Origin: Psammoneis japonica
Taxonomy: Eukaryota
DNA: 64,000 nucleotides
Reading direction: 5' to 3'
Assembly: GCA_008632985.1 (NCBI GenBank)
Contig: QPGO01000132.1
Span: 62,001 to 126,000 of the forward strand
Both the position numbers and the translations under genes were made by a program. Below are positions 1-13,063 of the stretch, piece by piece. How positions within the stretch are numbered: position 1 is the stretch's first letter; each line of letters starts with the position of its first letter. The notes below the pieces were generated by a model. The model saw only the letters and a program-made list of their open reading frames with translations, searched no databases and was not told the origin of the DNA.

Positions 1-3000
1 AGAGAGGTAAGCTGTTTGTTGGGACTGACTATTATACCCGAGGTTCTTTGTGAATTTGCGTCTTACTTTGATTGTTTTTTTTTTATTCCTTTTACAGGAG
101 GACCCGTACATGATTTTGCCCAACATTTGCTCTTATGTGGAACAGCAGGACGTTCACGCACCGCGTCTCACAATCAAGGAGACGTTTGAATTCGCCTTTC
201 AGTGTAGGACGGGTGGAAAGCACCACAATGTCGGTGTCGCGGACAAAAAAATTGGAAGTCAGTACGATTCGGTGAATTTTACGGAAAACATTACCATTGA
301 GACCCTTGGCCTGGCGCACGTGGCGGACACCTTTGTGGGTGATGAAGACATTCGTGGTATTTCCGGTGGGCAACGCAGACGTGTCACGGTGGGTGAAATG
401 ATGCAGTCCTCGAGTCCCGTGGCGTGCGCCGACGAGATTTCGACCGGGTTGGATGCGGCTGTCGCCTTTGATATTTGTCGCAGTATTGTGACGTTTGCCA
501 AGGCAGCGAAAACGACGAGAGTCATGTCTCTTTTGCAGCCTGGACCGGAGGTGTTTAGTTTATTCGATGAGGTGATTATCCTCTCGGAGGGATACCTTGT
601 CTACGCTGGACCAGTTGACAGCGTCGTGGATTACTTTGAGGAGCTGGGATACCATTTGCCTGCCACGGTGGATGTGGCTGACTTTCTTCAGTCGTTGCCG
701 ACTCCGGACGGCGCCATGTATTTCGAGCCTCCCGATGGTTCTGAACAGACGACCCATTATTCCTCGGAAGGCTTTGCTTTGGCCTTCAACGAGAGCGACG
801 CAGGCCAAGCCATTCGAGATGAGCTGAACTCCAATCTCATTTGCAAGTGGCAAGCAGCAACCGCCCCCTCGGGCGAAGACGAAGAGCAAGCCACAGCCCG
901 TTTAGTCGTTCCCACTCCCGACGAGTTCAAGGTTGAGTTTCAAAACACCTTCCGAAAGGCAACTAGGTTGAATTTTAGGCGATTCCTTACCTTATGGACA
1001 CGTGATATTGGATACATCATTGGAAGATGCTGTGAGAATGTTGGTATGGCGGCTGCGACTGGTGGCATTCTATTTGGTAATGGCAAGGTCACGTGGGATC
1101 AAGACGCGCCCATTGATGCTGAGGCAGCCGAAAAATATTGAAGTTGGAGTCCTCCATTTTTGGAGCACTCTACATGGCTGCGTTCTATGTTGTGCAGGGT
1201 GCCAATGTTAATGCTCCCGAGGAACTCGGTGATCGTACCATTCATTACAAGCATGCGAACGCAAATTTCTACCAGAGTCTGTCGTTTGCAGTCGGAAGGC
1301 TTGTGGCAACATTCCCTCAACGAGCCATTGATATTACCGTCTTTGGACTTCCCTTGTATTGGATGGTTGGGCTCTACGCGGATGCAGGTGCCTTCTTCAT
1401 CTTTTTGCTGCTGCTCATCTTTCTGATTGTAGTTGAGAAGATCTTGTACGGAATCGCGGTTGCTTTGGTTCGAACAAAGCAGAATATATTGGGAATCGGG
1501 TCTTTCCTGATGCTCCTTCAGCTCCTCTTTAGTGGATACATTGTGTTTCCTGATGCCATTCCGGGGTACTATTACTGGATCTACTACATTAACCCAATGG
1601 CATGGGTGTTCCAGGGTCTTCTACTCAACGAGTTCCTATCGGATAAGTATGATGATGGAGAATCAATTCTACGCACAAGAGGCTTCCCCACTGAGAAGGC
1701 ATGGATTGGTTGGGCCTTTCTCTTCTTGGCTTTGGTCGGATTGGCGGCTACCTTGGCTCTGGCATACGCGCTGAAGAAGGTGCGTTTCGAGGCCGCGAAA
1801 CCGAAGGTAACCGCCGCCGATGAACATGCGGAAGACTCTGAGTACGACAGCAAGGCTTTCACTTTGCCATTCACTCCTGTCAACCTTACCTTTGAGAAGA
1901 TCGAATACGAAGTTAAGGCTTCAACGGGGAAGGAAATGATTAAGATTCTGAATGGCATTAGTGGCCATTTTCGTTCTGGGCGTCTATGCGCGCTGATGGG
2001 AAGGTAAGTTTTTGGATAATTAGAGCTGCATCGGACAGCCTTCTCCGCTAGGTTCATCTCAATTATATTTTTGCCTTTTTATCTGTGTAGCTCTGGAGCC
2101 GGGAAAACCACGTTGATGGACGTGGTCGCCCTGAGAAAGGAGAGTGGTACTGTCACTGGTGACGTACGACTCAACGGTTTTGAACAAGAGAGGACATCCT
2201 TTTTGCGTTCTTCGGGATATGTTGAACAGTTCGACGTTCAAACTCCTGAGCTTACTGTCCGCGAAACTGTCGCCTTTTCAGCGCGTTTGCGTCTCGACTC
2301 GAAAAATCCCGACTTGAGGAAGGACTCAGATAAGCTACGCTTCGTTGACGGCATTTTGAAGTTATTGGAGTTGACTCCCATTGAGAATGTGCAGGTTGGA
2401 AGTTATGATGAAGGTGGTCTCGCCTTTGAACAGAGAAAGCGATTGGCAATTGCCGTGGAACTCGCCGGCTCCCCGTCCGTTTTGTTCCTAGACGAGGTAA
2501 GATTGACGCTTGGTGCCATGTTCCTTCTACACGCGAAGGTTTGTCTTTGCTCAAAATTGATTTTTCCGTCTCTTTCCGTGCAACTCAGCCAACATCAGGG
2601 CTTGATGCACGTGCAGCCATTCTCGTCGTGCGACTTCTGAAAAGAATCGCCGACACTGGTCGCACTGTGTGCTCTACCATCCATCAGCCATCATCTGCCG
2701 TGTTTGAAATGTTCGTAAGTACTACTCGATTAATGCGACAGTTCGTTGTGTCCCTAGACACTCATTTTATCTGATTCACTGTTCGATCTTCTTAGGATGA
2801 TCTAATGCTGTTGGAGACCGGTGGAAGGGTTGTTTTCTTCGGTGAGCTGGGCGAGAAGAGCGCAAAGCTTATCGATTACTTTGAGTCTCACGGAGCCCCA
2901 CAAATCGAGCACGGTGAGAACCCGTCATCGTGGATGTTGCGCGTGCTTGAGAAGAAAAAAGATTGGAATTCTACCTACCTTTCATCAACGAACTACGAAA

Positions 3001-3983
3001 CTCTGAAAAAGGAGATCAAAGAGCTGAACGCATCTCCTGATGAAAGTAAGAAGCTTGCCTTCACGGAGCAGTATCCAACAACCTTCAAAAGGCGCTTCGA
3101 GCTGATGTTCAAGCGCATCAATATGATTTATCTAAGGTCTCCTGCCTACAATCTAACGCGTGTGGGGATCTCGCTGCTTTATTCCTTCATTCTGGGTTCA
3201 CTTTTCATCGGTACACCGAGGGATGGAAACGCTTGGACCGAGAATCAGGCTGAAGGTGTTCTTGGAACCATGTTCCTTTCTCTGACGATCATGGGTGTTA
3301 CTTGTATCACTATGGTGGTACCCGTGATGAAGAGAATCAGGGACGTATTTTACAAGCACCGAGCGTCGGGTATGGTTGAACAAAGTCCGTTGACTTTGGC
3401 ACTTTCCATCGGAGAGGGGCCGTATATTTGCGTCATTGCCATTATCTTTGGTGGCATTTACTACGCTACGATTGAACTCTTCAGTGGTGCGAGGAGTTTT
3501 GGGTTGTTCTGGATGTTTTTCATGTTTAGCCTTGCGACCTATTCTTATCTGGGACAGTCGTTCATGTGTCTTGTAAAAGACACTCAAACTGCTGGGGCCC
3601 TCATGGGTGCTCTGATTGGCTACAACGTTTTCTTTTCCGGGTTTGTGGTGAGACCTCAATACTTTATCGGTCCTTTTCAATTGGGATATTGGACGGCTCC
3701 TGGACGCTTTGCGTATGAAGGGTTGGTAGTTTCCCAATTCACTGATGTCGACGTTCCGTTGGAGGCATCTCCTGGAAGTCCGTACTTCTTTAACGAAGGT
3801 TGCACTATTGGTCAAACGGACCCTTGTCTTGGTGATATTGAGTCCTATGTGAACTTTACCTTTGGTGGGCGATTCAACAAAGATAACTTCTGGATTGATT
3901 TTGGTGGTCTTGTGGGCTACATTGTGTTAGCGTGGGTGTTGACTGGGTTCGCCTTGAAGAAATTTAACTACGTGAATACCTAG
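1..3983 (+). CDS. Full-size ABCG/PDR-type transporter (NBD-TMD-NBD-TMD), 5' end outside the window; introns 7-97, 2004-2090, 2497-2588, 2715-2795; frameshift near 1138
   Basis: ISGGQRRRV signature and [10 protein letters not shown] in NBD1. Spliced Walker [21 protein letters not shown] and FLDE/PTSGLD in NBD2. Two TMD blocks. GT-AG introns join the ORF pieces in frame. Confidence 0.93.
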
Positions 3984-4134
3984 TTCGGTGCATGTGTTTG
4001 TGTTAAAAGAGATAGTGGTGTTACTTTATTTTTTCTTATCGAATTAAATCTCCTTAGTGTGTTAGACTCTAAATGCACGGCTTTCCTCATTCCAAGTCGC
4101 GGCCAAAGCAACAAGAGGGAGTTCGAGTGAAAAG

Positions 4135-4262
4135 TCGTCAGCTACCGGTAGCTACTACTGCTCTAGCTACTCTAGAGCTAGCTCTAGCAAGAGCTACTCT
4201 CTACCGGTACTCTAGAGAGTAGGACCTAGAGTTTAGTTCGAGCATGGTTAGTAGTTCGAGTG
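4135..4262. repeat. CTAG/CTAC/TAG-rich low-complexity tract
   Basis: gctaccggtagctactactgctctagctactctagagctagctctagc... Similar tracts at ~5985-6078, 13555-13735 and 14180-14232. Confidence 0.75.
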
Positions 4263-4680
4263 TTCCTACTTCCGCGATTTCTCAAATGACATTCTTACTT
4301 AAGTCTGAATAGGAGATTGAAATGTCTGTCATTATCGCCCCGGAAGATGTCGTTTAACGTTACCTTAATCTATTTATATAGATTTATTCAACAATAGGAT
4401 TGATCATAATAAATGAATGCGCGAACTGGAGTGTCTTGACACGACTCGTTCGCGCGAAAAATGACCTGGAGTGCGATGCGCGGATGCGATCGAGCTTGCT
4501 TCATCAAGGAGAGCATTGGCGTTTTGTAGCTGATTGAGGATGCACAAAAAGCATGATTCACCCTGTAGCCTGTCGCGCCTTGATTCAATCCTCTTCAAGT
4601 CGCTGCGTTGTCCATGTGTCATGATAGTAAATCTCAAATACACTACATAGGTCATTGATAAACAAGCGGCCTTCTCTGAA

Positions 4681-5733
4681 ATGGATGACGAAACTCCGAC
4701 AGTCATTGTGGAATTGACAAGAAACGATGTCGTCTTAGGCAGGGGGCTCAACATCGACAAGCTTGACGGCAATAGACAGTTCCGACGATTTGTCAAAAAA
4801 TATGAAGCATTGTATAATGGTAGTAGGAACATGGAGAAACGAAAAATTGCGGGCATGGTCGTTGAAGAAATCGCCAAGCTAGGGGGAAGATTTGTTAGAA
4901 TCCTCGAAGACGACGACGAGGAGGATGCGGATGACAGATATGTCGAAGTTTCGATGGACAGAGCTCTCACAAAGGCTGCTCAAGCTCTTCGAGATGAAAA
5001 GAGACTAAAACCCGCCCCTCAACCTGTTCCCCAAATCACGCAAGCTCCTTCTGATCCTACTACTGCCAGAAGACAATTCGTGTCAACCGCCCCGAGAAAT
5101 GCTCCTGGAACTCCCATTTACATCACATCTAGAGGTGATCGGGGTTGGTATGGACACCCCCATCAGGTCTATCCTCTTTTACCCACTCCGTCTTTGCCAT
5201 ATGTTCATCAACGCACTGGTGATCATCAAAGATTTGTCAGCAGCTTTCCCCACCTACCGGTAGGAACGGGGGTGCCCCTTTATGGCCCTCACGCGAGTGA
5301 TAGGTACTCCCATGTAACGTATCCTGCAACTTTTCCATTCGTCATCCCTTTACTGCAAAGGATGGTCTCAAATAACTTACAACCCGTTCAAGTATCACAT
5401 CGAAGACGAAATGACTTCAATGCTCGGTCGATGTCGTCCCTGTCATCGATTTCGGGTGACAACGAACCCAACAGGACAAGTCAAAGAGACCATGGTATCT
5501 CTGATGACGCCCAATTCCAAGAACCTACAGTCAGCCAAAGAACGGAATCTTTCTGCATACTGAATGAACTTAACGTCGATTCCCAATTTCTGATGCGATT
5601 GAACCAGATTTTGACACGTCGTTATCGACGTTCGTTTTTTGTCAAAGAATGGGACTCCTCAAATGAAGGTCGTGTGGTCTACAATTTCTGCACTCATAAC
5701 GCTTGGTTGCGTGGTATGCCCTATCACCCGTAA
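4681..5733 (+). CDS. Diatom DUF6824-like domain protein with low-complexity C-terminus
   Basis: N-terminal NDVVLGRG...GNRQFRRFV...GGRFV...KAAQALRD pattern, recognised from the diatom-expanded family. 350 aa ORF. Confidence 0.75.
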   Translation: MDDETPTVIVELTRNDVVLGRGLNIDKLDGNRQFRRFVKKYEALYNGSRNMEKRKIAGMVVEEIAKLGGRFVRILEDDDEEDADDRYVEVSMDRALTKAAQALRDEKRLKPAPQPVPQITQAPSDPTTARRQFVSTAPRNAPGTPIYITSRGDRGWYGHPHQVYPLLPTPSLPYVHQRTGDHQRFVSSFPHLPVGTGVPLYGPHASDRYSHVTYPATFPFVIPLLQRMVSNNLQPVQVSHRRRNDFNARSMSSLSSISGDNEPNRTSQRDHGISDDAQFQEPTVSQRTESFCILNELNVDSQFLMRLNQILTRRYRRSFFVKEWDSSNEGRVVYNFCTHNAWLRGMPYHP

Positions 5734-6214
5734 CGATTCTCTCTTCTTCCTGAACTTAACACGCCCTTGGGTGTAACGAGCATTTGCTCAGTAAGCTCAC
5801 CCCATCATCTCGCTCTCATTGCGTTGAGCTTTGAAAGATTCAAGTAACAAATTCAAGTACGAGTCTGTTCTTTTCCCTCGTTTCAATCCTGGCACAACAA
5901 CTTTAACATGTCTTCTTCCAAGCCATGTAGAAAAACAGAATTTTTGTCGAGAACACAGAATTTCATCAAGAATCCTGAGGTGGCAAAGCTAGAGAGAGAA
6001 GCGCATAGCTAGTCTCTTCCAGCTACAGCACACTATGAATCACTGGATGAGTGTCTGCTCTAGAGAGTACAACTAGTTATAACGCGAAACCTCTTTTTTG
6101 CTTCGCTTGTCCCCATCGTCATTGCCGCGAAGTTTTTCCATCTCGTGAAAGTCCGATCGCATGGACGGACGGACGACATGGGACGGTTTCCGCGTCACCC
6201 CAGCAGCAGCTCCG

Positions 6215-7570
6215 AGGCAGGGGAGACTGGACAGAAGAAACTCTCAGCTGATGTGGCCCTTCTCAGACGGTGTTTTGCTGGGTCTCCCACAACCATTCTG
6301 GCCATTTCTTCTACCAAAGGTGCACCCTCATTTCAGCATGTCAAGCAATGTTTCTGTGGCAAGTGGAGAGCGAGATTGGGGGCATTGACTCATCATGGAC
6401 TCGCCTCACCAGCATCCTGTGGTGCTCATCCATCTTTTTTGCAATTTTCCTCATCAGATTCCAGGGAAAATTTTCTTCTACATGGACCTTCCAGCCACAA
6501 ATTCCCATGTGTGCCCTTGGGCAATGACCACCAACGAGTGCTTTGTCAAATCTCCAAAAGCCGCTTGCACCCATGTGCACATCTGTCCTCAACACATCCT
6601 TCTTCTTCTTCTTCTTCTTCTTTTTCTTCTTCTTCATTCATCCTGTCAGTCAGTCTCAAGTCCTTCACTCTGTTTGGTGAAAGTGCTGCCTCTGTTGCAG
6701 CACCAACAAGGGTGAGTGCAAGTCCTCCTTTGGCACCAATTGACAAGCTTCCATTTGCTGCATGCGCACCACTGGCATTTTTGCACAAGATCTGGCATGG
6801 TTTCTGCATGTGAAAAAGGTTTTTTTCTGATGATCAACTTCTCACATCATCAAGTGCTCTCATCTCTCTTCCCCCAGCCAGCCCTGGACAACCCTTCCAT
6901 CCTTTGCTCACCAACAAGTCAAGCTCTCTGCACTGTGCAACAATCTTTCTGCTGTTGTTGCACTGCCCAGAGTTGTGAAAGTGCCCCCCTTTTTGGCAAG
7001 CACCACTCAGTGGTTTGGCAGCCATGCTCTGATCTCACTTTTTTTGCTGATCTTAAGAGACAAGTTCATCTGAAAGCAGCTGATCTTTTTGTGCCATTGC
7101 AGCACACCAGCAGCTGTTGTGGCTGTTTCCAGACCATGCAAAAGCAACAAACTTTGCAAAGAGTCATCTCATTGCTCCTGGCTGCTTTGTTGGGGCATCA
7201 CCAAAAGGCAGTGCACAGCCCCCCAGCCAGCCCTTGTCCCCTTCTGCACTCCGCACAGCTGGCAAAGGAGTGAGAGCACCAAACAATCGGGTCTAATTTT
7301 CTTCCCCCCCCCCCCAATGACAATCTCCAAGAGGACCAGCTCTTTGCAGACACTGTGACTGTTCACCAGGGCTTGCAAGCCCCCTTGCTGCTCCCAGCTT
7401 GGCGGCGCTGTTGTTCTTGTGTGGCGCTGGCGCTGGAGAGCGGCTCTGCTGCCAGAGTGGAGAGGACAAATGCTGCTTGTGCAACTGCACATCTCTTAGG
7501 ACCAGCAGTTGCTGTCGTTTGAACTGGGGCACTTGTTGAGTGAGTGAGTTGGGTGTGGCGTGATTGATCT
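6215..7570 (-). mobile_element. Hypermutated (CpG/TpA-depleted) relic of an unclassified repeat, with a (TCT)n poly-Glu tract at 6598-6635
   Basis: TA and CG almost absent. The 6650-6840 segment (minus) resembles 39195-39690 (plus). Confidence 0.6.
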
Positions 7571-7886
7571 CATGCGCAAGAACTCGAAACTGCTGCCTTC
7601 GGGTTCACCTTGAACCTGATGCCATGTCAGACCCAAGTCCACGTTCGACTTTCTTCGAAACGCGCACTTCGCGTCGTAGAAAGCTACGTTGATCCCGTAT
7701 GCAGACGTGAGTCAGTCGTGTCAAGCTCGGTATGACAGCCACGAACCGATCAAAAAGGAATGCAAATACGGTACAAGGAGCCGATGCTTCCCAAGACACA
7801 AACAAGTGACGGAGATGAGACAACAGCAAGCAAATTGTGTCACTTGAATTATTCAGATCGCTTCGTGCAAGAATTGTAAAAACAAA

Positions 7887-10339
7887 ATGGGCTGCATTCA
7901 TAGTGTCGAAACCAATGTGACAACGTCTCCACCATCGCCGTCAAAAAGCGGTACAGCGACTCCCACCACCACTGCGACCTCTTCCAGTCATGCACAAGTA
8001 GTAGAAGCAAGGAGGGCATCTTTCGACGAAACTACACTCATAAAAGCAACAACAGATGTCGAATCACAAACACGACCAGTTCTCAAGAAATCAAAGAGTG
8101 CCGTCGAACAGGTGAAGGAAATAAGAAACGAGGAGGGAGATCTCAAATCCAAAGTTGTTCACCTAGAGTCTATTGACGTTCCATTCGGGAAACCGATTGA
8201 AGAGGTATACGATGGAGTACATGACGGCGACATACTTGGATCGGGTTTCAACGGGGACGTCCGTCTTGTGACACATAAGGCGACTGGCATCAAGTATGCC
8301 GTGAAACGTCTAGATCTGGGTCAGGTCAAGTCGGAATCAGAGGTAATGCAACTTCGTGAAGAAATTGTCAGCATGTGCCAGCTTGACCACCCAAATATTG
8401 TCCGACTCGAGGAAGTGTACGAGGGCTACTCTGAGATCTATCTCGTTCAAGAGCTTTGCGAAGGAGGCGACCTCTATGATAAACTCGACCAGCAGCCAGA
8501 CTATCACTATTCAGAAGCGCAGTGTGCCAGACTGGTGAAGGAGATGCTTTCTGCACTTCGATATCTTCATGAACACGGTATCATTCACCGCGATATAAAG
8601 CTGGAGAATTTTCTTTTCTCTTCCACCAGTCCGGACTCGGAACTGAAAATGATTGACTTTGGACTCAGCAAGCATTTCAAATTTGGTGAGGTTCACCATG
8701 ATGCTGTAGGAACACCGTACACGGTCGCCCCTGAGGTCATTCGTGGCTCCTATGACGAGGAGTGCGACATCTGGGCTATTGGTGTGTTGGCTTACCTATT
8801 ACTCAGTGGTTATTCTCCTTTTGGAGGCGATGAGAATGAGAAAGGCAAAGACTTGGCGGTCGTGAGAAACAGAATCCTTCACGTTGACGTTTGTTTTGAG
8901 CCCGAGGATTGGTCAGGTGTGAGCTCAGACGCACGAGACTTTATCGAGCTGCTTCTTAGAAAAGATCCAAAGGCTCGCCCAACAGCTGAAGAAGCACAGC
9001 AGCATCCCTGGATTAAAGGATGCTGTAGCCGCAGTTCATCGCAAAATGATCTGACGCTCAGGCCCGAAGTAGCTGAAGCATTGGTGTCTTTCAAGGAATA
9101 CTCTGACATTCATAAGCTACTTTGTGAAGTCTAAGCTTTACTCTTCTTCCGAACAGATTAAGGAGCTTCGAACGGAGTTTGAAAAGATGGACACGGACGG
9201 GTCTGGCGAGATTTCGCTTCGTGCGCTCAAGGCCGTCTTGATTGAGAATGCGAGCTCAGGGTCTCTCGGTGGATTAATGGAAGATGAAGTTGAAGATATT
9301 TTCAATGCATGCGTGTTCGTAAAACGGAGCAGCGTATACAATGGCATGAGTTTATTGCCGCTTGTATTACTCAATGCCATGTTGACGAAAGGAATCTACG
9401 TTTGGCATTTGACCGGGTTGATCATAACCACAAGGATTCATCACATTTGACGATTTTATTGATTTGGTGGGTTCAGATGGATCCCAGACCGAGGATACAC
9501 TCAGGATGATGTGGAGTGATAGCATGAAGTCCATCAACTGTCGGCATTCATGCATTACATATGATGACTTCTTGCTTTTGATGAAAGGCCAAGGACGCGA
9601 TGGCAGTTCCGCAAAGACACCCCTCTGCCCGCACTCCCCACTTATCAAGGGACTGCCTCTTGCGCCCATCATACCCGAAAATGGAAGCTTGTCATTGCCA
9701 CCACTTACAATGCCTTCATCCTCTTGCAAAAGCATCGACAATAGTCTCGAACCACAAATATTTGGACTTGACTCAAGACGGGTGTTGCTACCTCCAGAGC
9801 GCGAACGAAGTGGAAGTGATCTTCAAAATGTTATCGATGATGACGCAAGCACCCCTCTGGTCGTAAATAGGGCTTTGTACAGAGCTCATCGTCAGATGCG
9901 AAATGCCGTGCTGGATACATGTAAGCGCTTCGAAGAGCAGCAAGCTAAGAGAGCGAGAGAGACTCTACTCGCTCAGTCGGACGATGGCTCCTCGGCTGCA
10001 ACAGATATCACTACTGGTCCCGCTCTAGTCATGCGTCACCATAGTAATTCCAAGGACGTATCTCCTGAAGATGTCCAGAGATTTCTCATGCAAACTCAAA
10101 AGAAACGGGAGTATATGATCGAAACGGCAACAAGACGCGGTGGCCGAAGAGGGAAGGCACGCAAGAAAACCATTTCCGATATGAGTGGCATGATGGCATC
10201 TTTCGGAGACGACAAGTCTACTTTTTCGACGAATGTGAGGATGAACTTTGGGTCTCACGGGAAGGGTCCCTCACAACGAACATTTGCGACCATTGAAGAC
10301 GTGTTCCGTACACCCGAAACCGCAATCCGACAAGAATGA
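7887..10339 (+). CDS. Calcium-dependent protein kinase (CDPK-like) paralogue 1, apparently intronless; four 1-bp frameshifts between ~9130 and 9440
   Basis: MGC N-terminus, YAVK, HRDIKLEN, DFG, APE, EF-hand DTDGSGEI. Collinear with the CDPK at 19639-23035 once single-base deletions are restored. Confidence 0.9.
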
Positions 10340-10492
10340 ATAGCAATTCACTACAGCTTTGCATAAGGAGAGATAAAAGTTGATAGGTGAAATAGTGACG
10401 CTTTACGGTAGGTGTGCGTTATGACTCGTACGTAAGCTATTTTAAGATCGTGACGTGGTAAATATCGTGTACGGGAAGGACTTGTCGCATGC

Positions 10493-11190
10493 TCACTCCA
10501 AAAGAGGGGCAACCTTTGCATCACGAAGCGGAATCGAATTCATTCTTGAACCAACCGCTGCAACAACCGAAACATTGTGTGGCGATCCCTCGGGGTTGGC
10601 AATGCGGAGCCACAAGTCACCATCAACATGTTGGAGTTCGGGCTCCAATCCTGGCTTCTCTTCCTCGAGGACCGAGTCTTCAGATACGCCACGGAGCTTG
10701 CAACTGCGGTAATCTATGTGAGGACCGGGCTTGTATTTCGCTTTGCGTCCCGAAGTTTTCCCCACCAAAGTCGAACTTTGACTCAAACCTTCTTGGGTGC
10801 CGGTCGCTTCAGACTTCGATCCAATGATGGACAAATCAACAGCCGTGCATCTTTTCGTATGAGAAACGGCTTCACGGCCACCGTCAACCTTATGCTCGGC
10901 CAAGCGAGGATCGACCTTGTTCGAGTCAGACTCTTTCGCATTGACATCTGGTGCGTCACGCGAATCTTCGTTGCTAAGCACCTCCTTTTTGCACTGAGAA
11001 TCATCGCGTTCATGAGGAGGATTTGCTTCCTTGGAAGTCCCCAAGTCACCGAAAATGCCGTTACCCAACAAAAGAGACGAATCCATGGATGAATGAACGG
11101 TCCTGGATCGACGGTGACCACGTTTCTCGGCGGCGTGGCCATCAGCAAGGCGGGGTGGAACACTCAAAGGCGACGAGACAATCATTATGA
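10493..11190 (-). CDS. Hypothetical protein
   Basis: Long ORF in normal-composition DNA, convergent on CDPK1. No recognisable motif and the start is uncertain. Confidence 0.4.
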
Positions 11191-12079
11191 CTTTCACAAG
11201 CGGAGGATACAACAACAACGACAACAACAAAGCTTGTTGTTTGTGTGAATTGTGTTGCCGATGGCAGCGAAAATCACTCGTGGAAATCTGACCGTTTCCG
11301 TTCTCGAGAGCAGTCTTGTTTGACGCACGTTTCCACATTCTGACCAAACACGACTGATCGGAAAATGGCGGGAAACACGTAATTTTGAGGGGAGCGACTG
11401 CAATAAAGAATGGTCTTATCACTGTCATTACAATAGGCCCTGTGCCCGAGATCGTCCGTGGTCGGCCGAACCTTGCAGCCTGACAATCTATTTATCAACT
11501 TCATGTGGACACAATGGTACTACCAAATCGCAACAAGCGCGGGGTGTTTGTGTGCAACCTATGCAGTCTAACGTGTCAGTCTGTGGCTGCTGCCGTACCT
11601 TGTCCTCCCATGTTGGGAGCCTATCTTGTAACAGCGCCGTATCTGTAGTATATATATCGTATGCAGTGTAGCATGTTAATCTGATGTTGTTGATGTCAAC
11701 AACCGTCGTCGTTTTGCCGGGTCGCGTCTTGGTCGCGTTTTCGGTTTTGTTTTGGGAGAGGTGATGGCGGGAAGGGGACAGACCACTGGTGGTTGCTTTT
11801 CGGAATTTTCTTTTCTCATCATGATCACTCCAACGACTCATCTCAGACCTCAGACGTGTCAACCTCGAACATTCAGAGAGTAGAGACGACGATGTCAAGC
11901 ACCGCGGCAGGTTGTAAACACTGCGAATGAGATAGCTCTGTCACAGGGAAAGGTATCATCGCCTGATAGCCACTGTAGGGTGTATTATCGACTTCCGACA
12001 GCAACGCGCAAGGCCCAAGCATAGCAGTTCAAGGCAAAAAGAAAAGAACATTTGACAGAGAAAAAGGACTGCAAAAGTA

Positions 12080-13063
12080 ATGGATCGGTACGAAGACTTG
12101 AAGTCTCCATTGGGTCGCATGTCACCCTGGTTCAAAGGCCGCGATAGGACGACTGGTGAACTCGTCACAATTCACAGAATCCGCCTCGCGAAACCAGACG
12201 ACGACCCAAACAGGAGTGATGCCAGCTACGAGGACAGTCGTACCCTCGGTTCTGTTCAGCGGGAACTTTCCATTCTGTCCAAACTTCGAGGTCACGACAA
12301 CATTATCGAGCTAAAAGATGAATTTATCGATGAGGTGGGCGGGATTCGAAGGCCCAAGGGGAGGCAGTACATTGTGTATGGCTTTGTCCGGCACAGTTTG
12401 ATGGGCTACATGAATCAATATATGTACAAGAGGATGCTCCGCCCGTCCGTGGTCAAATCGTACCTCTACCAGTGCTGCCGTGGCCTTGCCCACTGCCATT
12501 CTGAGGGAGTCATTCATGCTGCTCTGCAACCATATAATCTTGTCTTATCTGACGACCTTGGCCGCCTCAAAATCGCCGGTTTTGATCGTGGTGCCCGTTT
12601 TGTAGAAACGCTCCCATTCGATGCTACTTCAAGCTCAGACGATCGTTTGGAATCCAACCCGTATGAAAAGCCATGGGACAAATCCCCCGAACAACTGCTC
12701 GGTGCTGGCTCGTACGGGCCTTCTGTAGATGTTTGGTCCATGGGCACAATCTTTGCCCGCATGGTTACCAAGAAACCGCTTTTTCCTGGCGATTCCGAGA
12801 TTGATCAGCTCTTTCAGATTTTTCGCCAGCGGGGCACTCCCACGGAGGAGACATGGCCAGGCGTTTCGGGACTGAGAGACTACAATGCCAATTTCCCCCA
12901 TTGGAACGAACGACCATTTGCAAAGGAGATTCGAGACAATTTGGAGGACGATGGGTTGCATCTTTTGGAGAAATGTCTGACTGTGAATCCTGCCGACAGG
13001 GTGACAGCGGCCGAGGCGCTCGACCATCCGTACTTTCGAGATGTTGATACGAAGGTAGCATGA
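12080..13063 (+). CDS. CDK-like protein, probable pseudokinase
   Basis: CDK C-lobe PLFPGDSEIDQLFQIFRQRGTPTEETWPGV is intact. The Gly loop is absent, VAIK->VTIH, HRD->HAA, DFG->GFD. Confidence 0.85.
   Translation: MDRYEDLKSPLGRMSPWFKGRDRTTGELVTIHRIRLAKPDDDPNRSDASYEDSRTLGSVQRELSILSKLRGHDNIIELKDEFIDEVGGIRRPKGRQYIVYGFVRHSLMGYMNQYMYKRMLRPSVVKSYLYQCCRGLAHCHSEGVIHAALQPYNLVLSDDLGRLKIAGFDRGARFVETLPFDATSSSDDRLESNPYEKPWDKSPEQLLGAGSYGPSVDVWSMGTIFARMVTKKPLFPGDSEIDQLFQIFRQRGTPTEETWPGVSGLRDYNANFPHWNERPFAKEIRDNLEDDGLHLLEKCLTVNPADRVTAAEALDHPYFRDVDTKVA

Noticed and set aside
4115..4265. Three GTTCGAG motifs as tRNA or B-box elements
   Set aside because: No cloverleaf or A-box is visible, and the motifs do not fit the GTTCRANNC consensus.
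9120..9445. CDPK1 (and ABCG, Nudix, subtilisin, DP) as pseudogenes or programmed frameshift sites
   Set aside because: Where the paralogue allows checking, the breaks are single-base losses in short homopolymers (cc->c, gg->g, ggg->gg) with no nonsense decay. This is typical of long-read consensus error; short-read polishing would confirm it.
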